Below, piece after piece: positions 49,516-59,176 of a stretch of DNA of 64,000 bases. The DNA comes from Acidobacteriota bacterium (GTDB lineage: Bacteria; Acidobacteriota; UBA6911): assembly GCA_963664705.1 (NCBI GenBank), contig OY761556.1, positions 6,592,001 to 6,656,000 of the forward strand, read 5' to 3'. The translations under genes were made by a program, and so were the position numbers. The notes under the pieces are model-generated. The model made no database searches. It was not told the origin of the DNA and saw only the letters and a list, made by a program, of their open reading frames with translations. The number at the start of each line of letters is the position of its first letter. Position 1 is the stretch's first letter.

Positions 49516-50319
49516 TCAGATGGGATGGGCGGCCAAAAGATGCCGGATCGCTTCCAGCACGCCTTCGCCGATGGCCATGGCCTTGTCCGAAATGTGCCGG
49601 CAGTCGTAACTGCTGTCCTGGGGTTCGATATCTCCGAGCTTTTCGCGCTCATTGATGGGAATCTCCCGGATAAGCCCTCGGAGCGTTCCATCCATGGCGG
49701 CGCGAACAGGAGTATCGTTTACATAAAGAACAACGTCTCCGGTTTTTACGGTATCTCCGATGGATAGCGCGTGGCGTACGGTGCCCGCATGAGGGGCACG
49801 AAGCACTCTCTCCCAGCTATAGCCCGATTTCACCGATGGCGTCCCTGTGAACGGCTCCGTTAGGCCTTCGTAGATGACTCGACCGAGATTGGGACCTCGA
49901 TTGCTTTCCACGACTGCATGAACGACATCCGGGGCAGAGAAGCCCGGACCGATTCCAATGACGGCGCGTGCTTCGTTTCGGAAGGATCCGAGGTTTCTTT
50001 TTGCCAGGATCGCATCAACGACAACATCCGGTTTTAGTTCAGCAATGATCTTCCATTCGGGATCGATCATCACGCCGATTTGCCTCCGGGTCCAGGCCTC
50101 CGCCAACCCAGCCCGGTCGTGAACCAGCGTTCCCAGTACTCCTTCAACTTCGACCTGCCGCTCGTAAATGGCTTCGCAAAACGAGGCCTGCCTGCGGACG
50201 CAGAGTGGTGCGGCGATCTCAATCATGCAGATGCGCGTCATCTCGGCCATAAAAAGGCGATGCGCAATGCCGGAAGCCATTTCCCCGGCTCCTTTGATGA
50301 CAATCGACACGTCCAACAC
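49516..50319 (-). CDS. yqeB: YqeB family selenium-dependent molybdenum hydroxylase accessory protein
   Basis: KGAGEMASGIAHRL, VRRQASF, VVDAILAKRN, IGPGF, ERVLRAP, KLGDIEP, ISDKAMAIGEGVLEA. Confidence 0.85.
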   Translation of the reverse strand: MLDVSIVIKGAGEMASGIAHRLFMAEMTRICMIEIAAPLCVRRQASFCEAIYERQVEVEGVLGTLVHDRAGLAEAWTRRQIGVMIDPEWKIIAELKPDVVVDAILAKRNLGSFRNEARAVIGIGPGFSAPDVVHAVVESNRGPNLGRVIYEGLTEPFTGTPSVKSGYSWERVLRAPHAGTVRHALSIGDTVKTGDVVLYVNDTPVRAAMDGTLRGLIREIPINEREKLGDIEPQDSSYDCRHISDKAMAIGEGVLEAIRHLLAAHPI

Positions 50320-50439
50320 TCTTTATTCCTCTTCCAGGCCACCGCTATGGTCGCCTGATGCTGATTGATTGAAAAACCGGATGGTCTTGTGCCTGAGGTG
50401 ATTGGCGGCTATCCTGCAGACGCTCTACCCGCGCGGGCG

Positions 50440-51093
50440 CTACACTGCCTCTTTTTGGTTATGAAAATGTCTCAGAACACCTTGCGACAGGACCTTTTTA
50501 GCGACCTCCTGTGTATTATCGAGGTGCACTTTTCTGGAAAGGACCCGTTTGCTCTGTTCGATGTACACAATGCCCAGGAATGTGGACCAGATGACTTCCG
50601 CCAGGGCTCTGTAATCGCAATTGATGAAAACGCCTTGTGCCACGCCGTACTCGACAATCTTATGGTGGAGGGCGACTACTTTTGCACCCGTTTCGTGAAG
50701 AATGTCCCGCAGTTCGGGTGAGAGATTTCCGATTACATCACTTTGATGCAGGTAATACCAGGCCGTGAAGGTAGTGGGATCCTTTTCATAAAATCGATTG
50801 AAGCATTCCCACATTTTGTCCAGGAGTTGATCCTTTGTGTTTTCGCGGTTGTCATAGGCGTCTCTCAATAGCTCGGCAAAATAATCCGAGTGGGCGACGA
50901 CAGCGCTGACCAGAATCTCCTCTTTGTTTTTGAAATAAAGATAAAGGGCCGCACGGCTAAGCTCGGAGCGTTCGGCGATCTTGTCCATTGTAATGGCATG
51001 ATAACCTTCCTCCTCGTAGATCTTCATGGCGGCGTCGATGGCAGATTCGCGCCGTATCTCCCGTTCCCGTGCTCTTCGTTCCATCACTCCCAT
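50440..51093 (-). CDS. TetR/AcrR family regulator
   Basis: ITMDKIAERSELSRAALYLYFKNKEEI. AAGGAGG RBS. Confidence 0.93.
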   Translation of the reverse strand: MGVMERRAREREIRRESAIDAAMKIYEEEGYHAITMDKIAERSELSRAALYLYFKNKEEILVSAVVAHSDYFAELLRDAYDNRENTKDQLLDKMWECFNRFYEKDPTTFTAWYYLHQSDVIGNLSPELRDILHETGAKVVALHHKIVEYGVAQGVFINCDYRALAEVIWSTFLGIVYIEQSKRVLSRKVHLDNTQEVAKKVLSQGVLRHFHNQKEAV

Positions 51094-51222
51094 GCGAAAC
51101 GAAACCTCCTTGTCAGAATGAGATGGAGCCCAATCCATGGATACAGCGCCATCTATGCAAGGATCCTACTCCATTTTAGCCCTGATGAGGTAGTGTAATA
51201 CGCCATTGGGAATCGAGGGCTC

Positions 51223-51594
51223 CTAGGTTCCGGATCCCTCGATTTCAGCCAATCGAGCCTTTACCAGTTTTTGGATAAGCGATGTCGGCAATGGTTTGTC
51301 GAGCGGAAAGCGGATGGTGCCTTTTGAGATGGAATAGCGCTTCAGATCGTCCGCGAGGCTTGCGATGACGGAGGCGCCCGGAAACAGGCTGCAATGATCT
51401 TCGAATGCGGCGAACCAGACCAGGATCTTCCTGTATTTGAAGGCCGGCATACGATAGCTGATTGTTTCTGTGGCGTCCTTGGGCGCTGCGTCTCGAATTG
51501 CTTTGCGAACCCGCAGCAGGGTTGTGCGTGCCGGCTCGGGTACTCCGGCAAGGTATGCGTCGATGGTGGTCGGGATCTGTGTCTGCTTTTTCAT
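51223..51594 (-). CDS. DUF1801/YdhG-like protein
   Basis: TIDAYLA, ETISYRMPAF, WFAAFEDHCSLFP, SKGTIRFPLDKPLP. Confidence 0.85.
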   Translation of the reverse strand: MKKQTQIPTTIDAYLAGVPEPARTTLLRVRKAIRDAAPKDATETISYRMPAFKYRKILVWFAAFEDHCSLFPGASVIASLADDLKRYSISKGTIRFPLDKPLPTSLIQKLVKARLAEIEGSGT

Positions 51595-51603
51595 GGTTGT
51601 TGA

Positions 51604-53223
51604 TTACCTGGTCTTGCCGGAAAGAACGTGATTGGGATTTACATTGATTGAGGCGGCAAACGGGTCGTTGGCATCTCCGTACGAAACCATTTTGATGCCT
51701 GTCGGCCGGATGGACGGAACCAGGGCCGCATCGCCTTGATCGATGACCTTCTGAGCTGCGAGCACCATGTAGTCCAGGTATTTGGAGCCCACCGGGCCGG
51801 CATTGTGGCCTGTAAAGATCGAATCATACTGGCCGCCGGCTTTTGTCATGAAATTCTTCAGCACTGCCTGATATTCGTCAACATAAAGGCTTCCGGGTAA
51901 TTGAAGCCAGAGTCCTCCCTGGTTGGACTGGGTGCCCGCGGCGTCTCCTGTGAACAGCAGACGTTTTTCCGGACAGACGAAAACCATGCTGCCCTGTGTG
52001 TGGCCGGGGAGCGCATAGGCTTTGAGCGTTACTCCGCCGAAGTCATATACGTCGCCTTCCTTTATGTCTTTGAACGATGAAGGATCGACCTGTTTGGGGA
52101 GTATCCCGTCATCTTTTCGATTCATAAATACGGTTTTGAACTGATTGGCTGAAAAAGCGTGATCCACATGGCCATGGGTGATGATCAATTCGATTGGGAG
52201 TCCGTCCGCATGTTTTTCGACAATGGTCCGTAGATTCCCCTCGCCCATAGCCGTATCGATGACGGCGACTTTGTTTTTGCCCTTCAGGATATAAGCGCAG
52301 TTATACCCGAAATAATCCCGGATGGTGATGACGCCGGGTGCCGGCTCCGTAAGAGTGTATTCGCTTTTATTCGGCTGCCCCTGAAGGTAAAGGTTCATCG
52401 GGTTATAAATGACGGTGGCGAGACCATAGGTAGATGCCCATCCCGAGCCGCCCAATTTGTAAGGCTTGGCGATGATATCGCCGGAAAACACCCCTTCCGT
52501 TGCTTTCCGCATATCTGAAACATACGATGCCGGCAGCGGCTTATAGTTGGACTGCCAAAAATGGCCGCCATAGATTGCATCGAATTCATGCATCCTGCCT
52601 TCCAGTCTTTTGACCGCTGCCAGGTATTCAACGAGCGGTCGCGTACCGTTGATATGGTTCCAGACGTAACCTGAGCCAATGGCATCGCCTGTGAAAATCA
52701 TCCGATCCTTGGCATCGAGGAATGCAACAGATCCCGGCGTATGGCCGGGTATATCGATGACTTCCAGTTCTTTGCCACCCAATGAGATCTTCTGGCCATC
52801 CGCGAGCGGGAGTGTCTTGGATATATCAAAAGGGACCCGCGATCCGGCGTCCTTCTGAGGAAAGTAGATGGTATCAAATTGGTTGGCCTGGCCCGTGTGA
52901 TCGCCGTGGCCGTGAGTAATCAACACAACCACAGGCAGTTTTGTCAGAGTTTTGATATAGGCTGCCAGATCGCCCGAGCCCATCCCGGTGTCAATGAGAG
53001 CCGCTTTTTCCCTTCCTTCCACGAGGTACATACTGTTCCGGTAGGGTTGGTCCGTTGGTTCCTCGACGTGATAGATCCCCGGGGCAAGTTTGGCGGATGC
53101 GTATCCTTTTTCAGGAGCGGTTCCCGCCAGCTTCGCGGCAGGAGCTTTTTGCTGAGCCAGACAGAAAGCAGTCGAGATGACCGAGAGAACCATAATACCG
53201 GCAACATAAGTGAAACGCTTCAT
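51604..53223 (-). CDS. Exported protein with two tandem metallo-beta-lactamase-fold domains
   Basis: Signal peptide MKRFTY..AFCLA. THGHGDH / PGHTPGS / FTGDA / GGH, then THGHVDH / PGHTQGS / FTGDA / TGH. GGAGG RBS before ATG 53223. Confidence 0.88.
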   Translation of the reverse strand: MKRFTYVAGIMVLSVISTAFCLAQQKAPAAKLAGTAPEKGYASAKLAPGIYHVEEPTDQPYRNSMYLVEGREKAALIDTGMGSGDLAAYIKTLTKLPVVVLITHGHGDHTGQANQFDTIYFPQKDAGSRVPFDISKTLPLADGQKISLGGKELEVIDIPGHTPGSVAFLDAKDRMIFTGDAIGSGYVWNHINGTRPLVEYLAAVKRLEGRMHEFDAIYGGHFWQSNYKPLPASYVSDMRKATEGVFSGDIIAKPYKLGGSGWASTYGLATVIYNPMNLYLQGQPNKSEYTLTEPAPGVITIRDYFGYNCAYILKGKNKVAVIDTAMGEGNLRTIVEKHADGLPIELIITHGHVDHAFSANQFKTVFMNRKDDGILPKQVDPSSFKDIKEGDVYDFGGVTLKAYALPGHTQGSMVFVCPEKRLLFTGDAAGTQSNQGGLWLQLPGSLYVDEYQAVLKNFMTKAGGQYDSIFTGHNAGPVGSKYLDYMVLAAQKVIDQGDAALVPSIRPTGIKMVSYGDANDPFAASINVNPNHVLSGKTR

Positions 53224-53359
53224 GACGACTGCCTCCCTGGTAAAGACTGACCAAATGCTGACGGATGCTCCATCTTCTACCTTGTCGTAACTCCGCTCTT
53301 CGAGTCCTTCGGCGGCATCAGTGCCATGGAAGTGGCTGTGCTCTTGCCGGCGAGATGCC

Positions 53360-53627
53360 CAATGGCATTTACTTTTTTTATAGTCGTTTTTCTTTCGCAC
53401 CTTCAGGCCTCTTTGAGCCCCGAACATAACGCCGGGCTTGCAAGCTCGTCCGGGGCCACTATCTTTCGCGCCTCCGGCGCTTGGTGTCGATGGAACAAAG
53501 TTCCAGCGCCGGAGGCGCGAAAGATAGTAGCCAGGGGTGAGCGGAGCGAACCCCTGGTAGAATAGTGAAAAAATAGGAGCCCTGAAAGGGCGAAAGAACG
53601 GCAATTGCAAAAAAGTAAATGGCATTG
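53360..53627. repeat. ~270-bp nested palindromic REP/MITE-like element
   Basis: Outer IR caatg(g/c)catttactttttt, perfect 24-bp inner arms (53458-53481 / 53505-53528), and internal hairpins CCAGGGGT..ACCCCTGG and GCCCTGAAAGGGC. Confidence 0.8.
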
Positions 53628-53851
53628 AGCGAGACGCCGGCGCTCACAGTATAACCGCTAAGCTTCCGGCAACGATGAGTCTGCCGGAGGGATCACATTT
53701 ACATTCATTCGGAGATTTTGCATCTTATCCCCCCGGTTTGTGGTCGCCGCGATTATAATCGAGTTCATCATGAAGCGTCGGCCTAAATAGCCGTCGGATT
53801 CGTCTGTGCTCCCAGTATTTATAAACATGAAGGCGTGTCATCGGATTTGAT

Positions 53852-55024
53852 ATGAAACAGAACGTCCCTCGAGCTGTATGGATGCTTGGTTTTGTCAGCC
53901 TGTTCATGGACATATCTTCCGAATTGATTCACAGCCTCCTTCCGGTTTTTATGGTAGCTTCGCTGTCGGCGAGTGCCCTGGATGTTGGTTTGGTGGAAGG
54001 CGTCGCTGAGGCTACCGCCCTTATAACAAAGGTCTTTTCCGGGACACTGAGCGATTACTTCAGAAAGCGCAAATTTCTCACTGTTTTAGGTTATGCGCTG
54101 GGTGCATTCTCAAAGCCCCTGTTTGCCGTGGCCGCCAGCATCCATGCCGTCCTCGCAGCCCGTTTCATTGACCGCATTGGAAAAGGGATGCGCGGCGCGC
54201 CGAGAGATGCGCTGATAGCAGATCTGACTCCCGAGTCAGCCCGGGGCGCTGCCTATGGCTTACGCCAGTCCCTGGATACGGTCGGTGCCTTTATCGGGCC
54301 CTGCCTTGCCGTGGTGTTGATGATTTTGTGGCATGGAAATGTCCGGAGAGCTTTCTGGCTGGCCATTATACCGGGCTTCATCGCGGTCCTTTTGCTGGTA
54401 TTCGGCGTACAGGAACCGGAAGGGACACTTCGGAATATCGGTCGCGGAAGGCCTGTGCGCTGGAGCCTGCTGAAGGATCTGGGACCGGCATATTGGGGGA
54501 TCGTTGCTATCGGGACTGTCTTCACGCTGGCGCGGTTCAGCGAAGCGTTTTTGATACTGCGGGCCAGGCAGACCGGTTTGGCCGATGCCCTGACACCGCT
54601 CGTGCTGGTTTTGATGAATGGGGTGTACGCAGTCTCGGCTTACCCCGCGGGGCGCCTTGCGGATCGAATGAATCGGCGCGCTCTGCTGGCTGCCGGCATC
54701 GTTGTTCTTGCTTTCGCAGAGTTTTTCCTTGGAGTGGCCGGATCATTGTCGCTTTCCGCTCTAGGGGTTGGATTGTGGGGATTGCACCTTGGGTTGGTGC
54801 AGGGATTGCTATCCGCAATGATTGCGGACGTTGCACCGGGAGATCTGCGCGGAACGGCGTTTGGTTTCTTCAACCTTGCCGGCGGCGCCGCCATGCTGGT
54901 GTCAAGCGCTTTGGCTGGACTTTTGTGGGATAAAATTGGTCCAGCCTCTACCTTTCATGCCGGAGCGGCATTTTCCGTAATCGCGCTCCTGCTCGTAATC
55001 CTGTTGAAGCCCAGGAACCGTTGA
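53852..55024 (+). CDS. MFS transporter
   Basis: GFVSLFMDISSELIH, DRIGKGMRGAPRDALIAD, GRLADRMNRR. Confidence 0.92.
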   Translation: MKQNVPRAVWMLGFVSLFMDISSELIHSLLPVFMVASLSASALDVGLVEGVAEATALITKVFSGTLSDYFRKRKFLTVLGYALGAFSKPLFAVAASIHAVLAARFIDRIGKGMRGAPRDALIADLTPESARGAAYGLRQSLDTVGAFIGPCLAVVLMILWHGNVRRAFWLAIIPGFIAVLLLVFGVQEPEGTLRNIGRGRPVRWSLLKDLGPAYWGIVAIGTVFTLARFSEAFLILRARQTGLADALTPLVLVLMNGVYAVSAYPAGRLADRMNRRALLAAGIVVLAFAEFFLGVAGSLSLSALGVGLWGLHLGLVQGLLSAMIADVAPGDLRGTAFGFFNLAGGAAMLVSSALAGLLWDKIGPASTFHAGAAFSVIALLLVILLKPRNR

Positions 55025-55192
55025 TGCGGTATGGTCGAGAGCGCCGCCGTTCCGGCTAATGCCGCATACTATTTGCCCAGGGAACTTTGAATCGCAATGC
55101 ATATCAGCCCCTGCGGGCCTGGTGCTTCACGTCGCAGAATTCAGCACTATTATTATGCGGCATCAGCGCCATGCAAGCAGCCATGCCAAAAC

Positions 55193-56656
55193 TCACCAGG
55201 AGAAGAGTATTTCAGCCCGCAAAAACGTCATCCCATTGGGATGTGCGTAATAATCCCCTTCCCAGAGTTGTTCTCCCTGCAGGTGTCCGCCGATATTTTT
55301 TGTAAATTGATGTTTGAGCACCGCCTGGAGAAAATGGCCGCGGAAATTTCCGTTGTGGCTGAACAGGGTGGGAGATAGCGCCCTCGTGGGGGAATTCTGT
55401 GGAGCCGCGAGAGCATTGTATACCACGCTGAAGGTTTCCTTTTTGCAGGGCGCAAAGCTCCAGCGCAATCCGACGCGTCCGATGTTGTTCATCTGGCCCA
55501 CGTGCCCGCTGGTTTCAGGGATGTAGGAGTATAGGTACATATCGGTCCAGCGGGGCCATCTTCCCCAGAGGACATCAAACATCTCATCCTTGTCCGGTGT
55601 ATTGGGAGAATCGCCCGTGAGATACTCTCCCACCAGCGCAATCTGGTTTTTTCGCCGGTCGCCGAAAGAATAGTTCAACTTTGATTTGACGCCCCAGGCA
55701 GTGATATCTCTTGTGGCAAGGACTCCATCAACCTTTGCCTTTCTGGATCCGGATTGACGGGCAGCTTCAACGGAGTAATCCAGTTTGTGGGGCAGCTTGC
55801 CGGAGAGTTTTGCGCCGTATGTATAGATATTGGCGTCATCCCCAGGTGTAACCGCGGCATTATTAACGAAAAAGGTTTCCGATGTGTTGTGCTTGCGGAT
55901 GAGATAGACGTCGAATTTTGCGCTCTCCGATGATTTGTTCGAGGCGTACAGGATAAATCCGCGCTCGTTCTGATCGCTTTCAGGATACTCGTCGGAGTTG
56001 CCGATCGTGGGGAGCACTCTTCCCGGAAGGGCCTTATCGTCAAAGTAGATGATATCGAAGGTAGTTCGGATCTTTTCGGCCCTGGCGGTTACGCGTATGG
56101 AATCCAGGTAGGAGGTGAAGGAGCCTTCGTTTGGGGAGGCATCATTTACCAGCCAATAGTCGCCGGGGTCTCCCAGCGAGATATCCTGCCGCCCTGCCGT
56201 AATTGTGATGGGTTTGTTGAAGGCATTTTCCCATTTCACATTCAGGTTATCAAAAATCCCGTAGCGCCATTCAAGCCCGCTTCTCCCGCGATATGCCGCA
56301 ACGAATGCGGGTTGAGCCCATTCTCTGGGCTCTGCGGCTAGCCGAAGATTGAATTTGAGGTTATGGGCCGGAGCGAACGTAGCCCAGACCTTCGTCCGAT
56401 AGCGCACGACGTTCTGTTCGGCGATCGGGTTGTCATGGGTCAGGGTTATGACATTTGAAAAGTATTCATTGCGAACGCGAAAATCAGCGCCCCATTCCAG
56501 CCACATTGTCGGGTGCTTAATCTTCTTGGTTATGGTATCTGTATTCTGCTGCGGGGGAGTGTTGCGCTCCTCTGCACAGCAGCATGTAACGGTAAACAGG
56601 GCAATAAGCCCGCAAAAATAACGCAGTGACCGCATCCCGGACTCCAATGGTGACAA
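55193..56656 (-). CDS. Alginate-export (AlgE-like) outer-membrane beta-barrel
   Basis: Signal peptide, WGADFRVRNEY, AGRQDI, YLTGDSP, C-terminal aromatic strand AEILFSW. Confidence 0.7.
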   Translation of the reverse strand: MSPLESGMRSLRYFCGLIALFTVTCCCAEERNTPPQQNTDTITKKIKHPTMWLEWGADFRVRNEYFSNVITLTHDNPIAEQNVVRYRTKVWATFAPAHNLKFNLRLAAEPREWAQPAFVAAYRGRSGLEWRYGIFDNLNVKWENAFNKPITITAGRQDISLGDPGDYWLVNDASPNEGSFTSYLDSIRVTARAEKIRTTFDIIYFDDKALPGRVLPTIGNSDEYPESDQNERGFILYASNKSSESAKFDVYLIRKHNTSETFFVNNAAVTPGDDANIYTYGAKLSGKLPHKLDYSVEAARQSGSRKAKVDGVLATRDITAWGVKSKLNYSFGDRRKNQIALVGEYLTGDSPNTPDKDEMFDVLWGRWPRWTDMYLYSYIPETSGHVGQMNNIGRVGLRWSFAPCKKETFSVVYNALAAPQNSPTRALSPTLFSHNGNFRGHFLQAVLKHQFTKNIGGHLQGEQLWEGDYYAHPNGMTFLRAEILFSW

Positions 56657-56740
56657 AAAACCAGACAGCTTACACTATAAAGTTAGTGGATGCCACTCCA
56701 TTTTCGTCGAAAATGGGAGATATCCCTATCTGGAGGTAGC

Positions 56741-57706
56741 ATGGAAAGAACCGTAATGACCGTAACCGGTCCGATTCCCCTGGAAAGCTTGGGTCTGACG
56801 CTGATGCACGAGCATTGCACTTTTGCCTATCCGGGATGGTTTGCGGATGAGAGCGTGGAACCTTACAGTCCCGAGAAAGCGGAGGCTGCATGTCTGAAAG
56901 TTCTCGCGGACATTAAGGGACTTGGAGTGCGGACGGTGGTGGATGCGACGGCTGCGGATGTGGGTGGACGGGATCCGCATTTACTGAAGCGGCTGTCGGA
57001 AAAGTCCGGCGTTCACATCATTGCAGCCACGGGGCTGTTTCCTGAAAGCGTGGGAGCAGCCAATTATTACAAGTGGCAATCCGCCATGCGAGGACGAAAC
57101 ATTGCGGAGGACCTTTATGAACTCTTCACCACGGAATTGACAGTAGGGATTCGAGGGTCAGGGGTTAAAGCCGGGATCCTCAAAGTGGCAACAGGCGATC
57201 CCGGGATCACGGACTATGAGGCGGTGGTCTTCGAAGTTGCCGTGAAGGTGGCCAGGGAAAGAGGGATTTCCATCATCACTCATACCGAGGCTGCGACCGT
57301 TGCACCGCTTCAGCAGGATCTTTTCCTCAAGCTTGGAGCGGATCCGGCCAGAATCATGATCGGGCATCAGAATAATTCCGAGGACATCAACTATGCTTTG
57401 AATCAACTGGAGAGGCCCGGTTTTTATCTCGGATTCGACCGCAGCAATCCTCTGATGTCGTCCGCATCGGAGGATAACATCGTCGAACTGGTGAAGCGTG
57501 GATATGGGGACCGCATCATGCTTTCCCATGACTACATTTTCTACTGGCTGGGTCGTTCCGGGAAACTGGATCCCAGGTTTGCCGCCTGGTATCCCGACTA
57601 CATTTTCAAACGGCTGATTCCCAGGATGAATGCAGCCGGCATCACGGAACAGCAAATTCAAAGCATCCTGACCGATAATCCTCGCCGGTTTTTCGGTGGC
57701 GCTTAG
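56741..57706 (+). CDS. Phosphotriesterase-like amidohydrolase (PTE/PHP family)
   Basis: TVTGPI..LGLTLMHEH, AGILKVA, IITHT, IGH, GFDR, MLSHD, NPRRFF. GGAGG RBS. Confidence 0.9.
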   Translation: MERTVMTVTGPIPLESLGLTLMHEHCTFAYPGWFADESVEPYSPEKAEAACLKVLADIKGLGVRTVVDATAADVGGRDPHLLKRLSEKSGVHIIAATGLFPESVGAANYYKWQSAMRGRNIAEDLYELFTTELTVGIRGSGVKAGILKVATGDPGITDYEAVVFEVAVKVARERGISIITHTEAATVAPLQQDLFLKLGADPARIMIGHQNNSEDINYALNQLERPGFYLGFDRSNPLMSSASEDNIVELVKRGYGDRIMLSHDYIFYWLGRSGKLDPRFAAWYPDYIFKRLIPRMNAAGITEQQIQSILTDNPRRFFGGA

Positions 57707-57727
57707 AAGGAAAGGCTGTCCAGATCT

Positions 57728-59077
57728 TTATGAATGGCACAAAGTGCGCGCTTCGCGGACTCTTTTGCGAATGCGCATGGACAGCAATGCCGCGGCGGCG
57801 ATCAGCCCCGTTAAAAATCCATACCAGATTCCAGGGGCGCCCAGGTGCAAAGTAAAAGCGCATAGATAGCTGGTGCAAAGTCCGATGACCATGTAGGAGA
57901 AGCCGGAGATGAACATAGGGGCCTTCACATCGGCGAAACCCCGGAGGATTCCAAGGCAGACAATCTGGATTCCATCAAATAGTTGAAATAATGCCGCCAC
58001 CATCAGCAGGGAAGCGGCAACATTGATGACATGAACATCCGTGGTAAATACGCGAGGCAGTGCCTGGCGGAAAATGAAAAATCCCAGGCCACACAGGCTC
58101 ATATAGACCAGAACGAGATGCAGCGCTGAATAGGCAACCCTGCCTATTTCATCATAGCTCCCAGTGCCACGCTGGAAGCTGACGCGAATCGTGGTTGCCA
58201 TCGCCACTCCGTTGGCGAGCATGAAAGTGAAACTGGCCAATCCCAGGGCGACCTGATGGGACGCCAGCGGAACAGGGCCGAGCCATCCCATCATAACCGC
58301 ACTGACGGCGTAGGATGCAACTTCGAGGACCAGCTGCACGGCAATTGGAAGGCCAAGGGCAAAGATTTTCCAGATTTCGCGGGAAGTGGCCTTTGCCGTA
58401 TGCAATAACGCAAAATATCTTCCGGTGCTCTTCAGGTAGCTGAACCCTGCATACATGAGCAGCGGCATGGTTGCCCTGGCGGTAAGCGTTGCATACCCGG
58501 ACCCCATCAGGCCCAGCCGTGGAAAGCCCATGTTTCCAAAAATCAAGGTGTAGTTCAGGAAAATATTCAGGGCATTGGCAAAGATCGTTACCGCCATGGC
58601 AATGATCGTGTTGCCCAATCCTTCGCCGATCTGCTTCAGCAATGTGAAAACCAGGAAGGGTATCGTCGATAGAACCAGGGCTCTGTAGAATGGCACGGCG
58701 AGGCGAACGACCTCTTCCGTTTGTCCCATGTGGGGCATTGCCCAGGATATCGACCAAGCGGAGAGTGTAATGGCCGGAACCAGCAGGCCGGTGAGTGCGA
58801 ATCCGCTTTTCATCGTGACCGCGACCTGTAAATCGTCATTCGCTCCCCGGAACTGTCCTACAAGCGGAGTGATTCCCAGAAAGATCCCCAGGCCAAACAG
58901 CATGACAACCATATAGATGTTGTTGGCGAAGGAAGCAGCCGCCAATTCGGCAGTGCCGACACGCCCTACCATGGCCGTGTCGACTAATTGAACGGACATC
59001 TGCCCGGCCTGTGTCAGCACCAGGGGGATGGCGAGCTGCAGCAGCTGTGTGTAATGAGAGTAGTATTTCCGCAACAT
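57728..59077 (-). CDS. MATE family efflux transporter (NorM-like)
   Basis: LAIPL..VDTAMVGR, LGLPIAVQLVLE, LASHQVAL, FQLFDGIQ..LRG. Confidence 0.93.
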   Translation of the reverse strand: MLRKYYSHYTQLLQLAIPLVLTQAGQMSVQLVDTAMVGRVGTAELAAASFANNIYMVVMLFGLGIFLGITPLVGQFRGANDDLQVAVTMKSGFALTGLLVPAITLSAWSISWAMPHMGQTEEVVRLAVPFYRALVLSTIPFLVFTLLKQIGEGLGNTIIAMAVTIFANALNIFLNYTLIFGNMGFPRLGLMGSGYATLTARATMPLLMYAGFSYLKSTGRYFALLHTAKATSREIWKIFALGLPIAVQLVLEVASYAVSAVMMGWLGPVPLASHQVALGLASFTFMLANGVAMATTIRVSFQRGTGSYDEIGRVAYSALHLVLVYMSLCGLGFFIFRQALPRVFTTDVHVINVAASLLMVAALFQLFDGIQIVCLGILRGFADVKAPMFISGFSYMVIGLCTSYLCAFTLHLGAPGIWYGFLTGLIAAAALLSMRIRKRVREARTLCHS

Positions 59078-59100
59078 AATTTATCCGGCGGACGCACAGC

Positions 59101-59161
59101 GCAATCCGTGAGATTCGTGGCTAAAAAGCGAATGCAAGCCGGCCACGATCTCACGAATTGT
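59101..59161. repeat. REP-like hairpin (ATTCGTG family)
   Basis: gcaatccgtgagattcgtggct / ggccacgatctcacgaattgt. Confidence 0.7.
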
Positions 59162-59176
59162 ACAGGGACAGTGCCT

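Noticed and set aside
53224-53625. 134-aa N-terminal extension of the MBL ORF in the track
   Set aside because: It translates the palindromic repeat. The real start is ATG 53223, with a GGAGG RBS and a signal peptide.
56670-56716. Short words (TTACACTA, ACTCCATTTT) shared with the region upstream of the TetR at 51165-51200, and the hairpin CCATTTTCG-T-CGAAAATGG
   Set aside because: The matches are short and in inconsistent orientation, so a shared operator cannot be supported.
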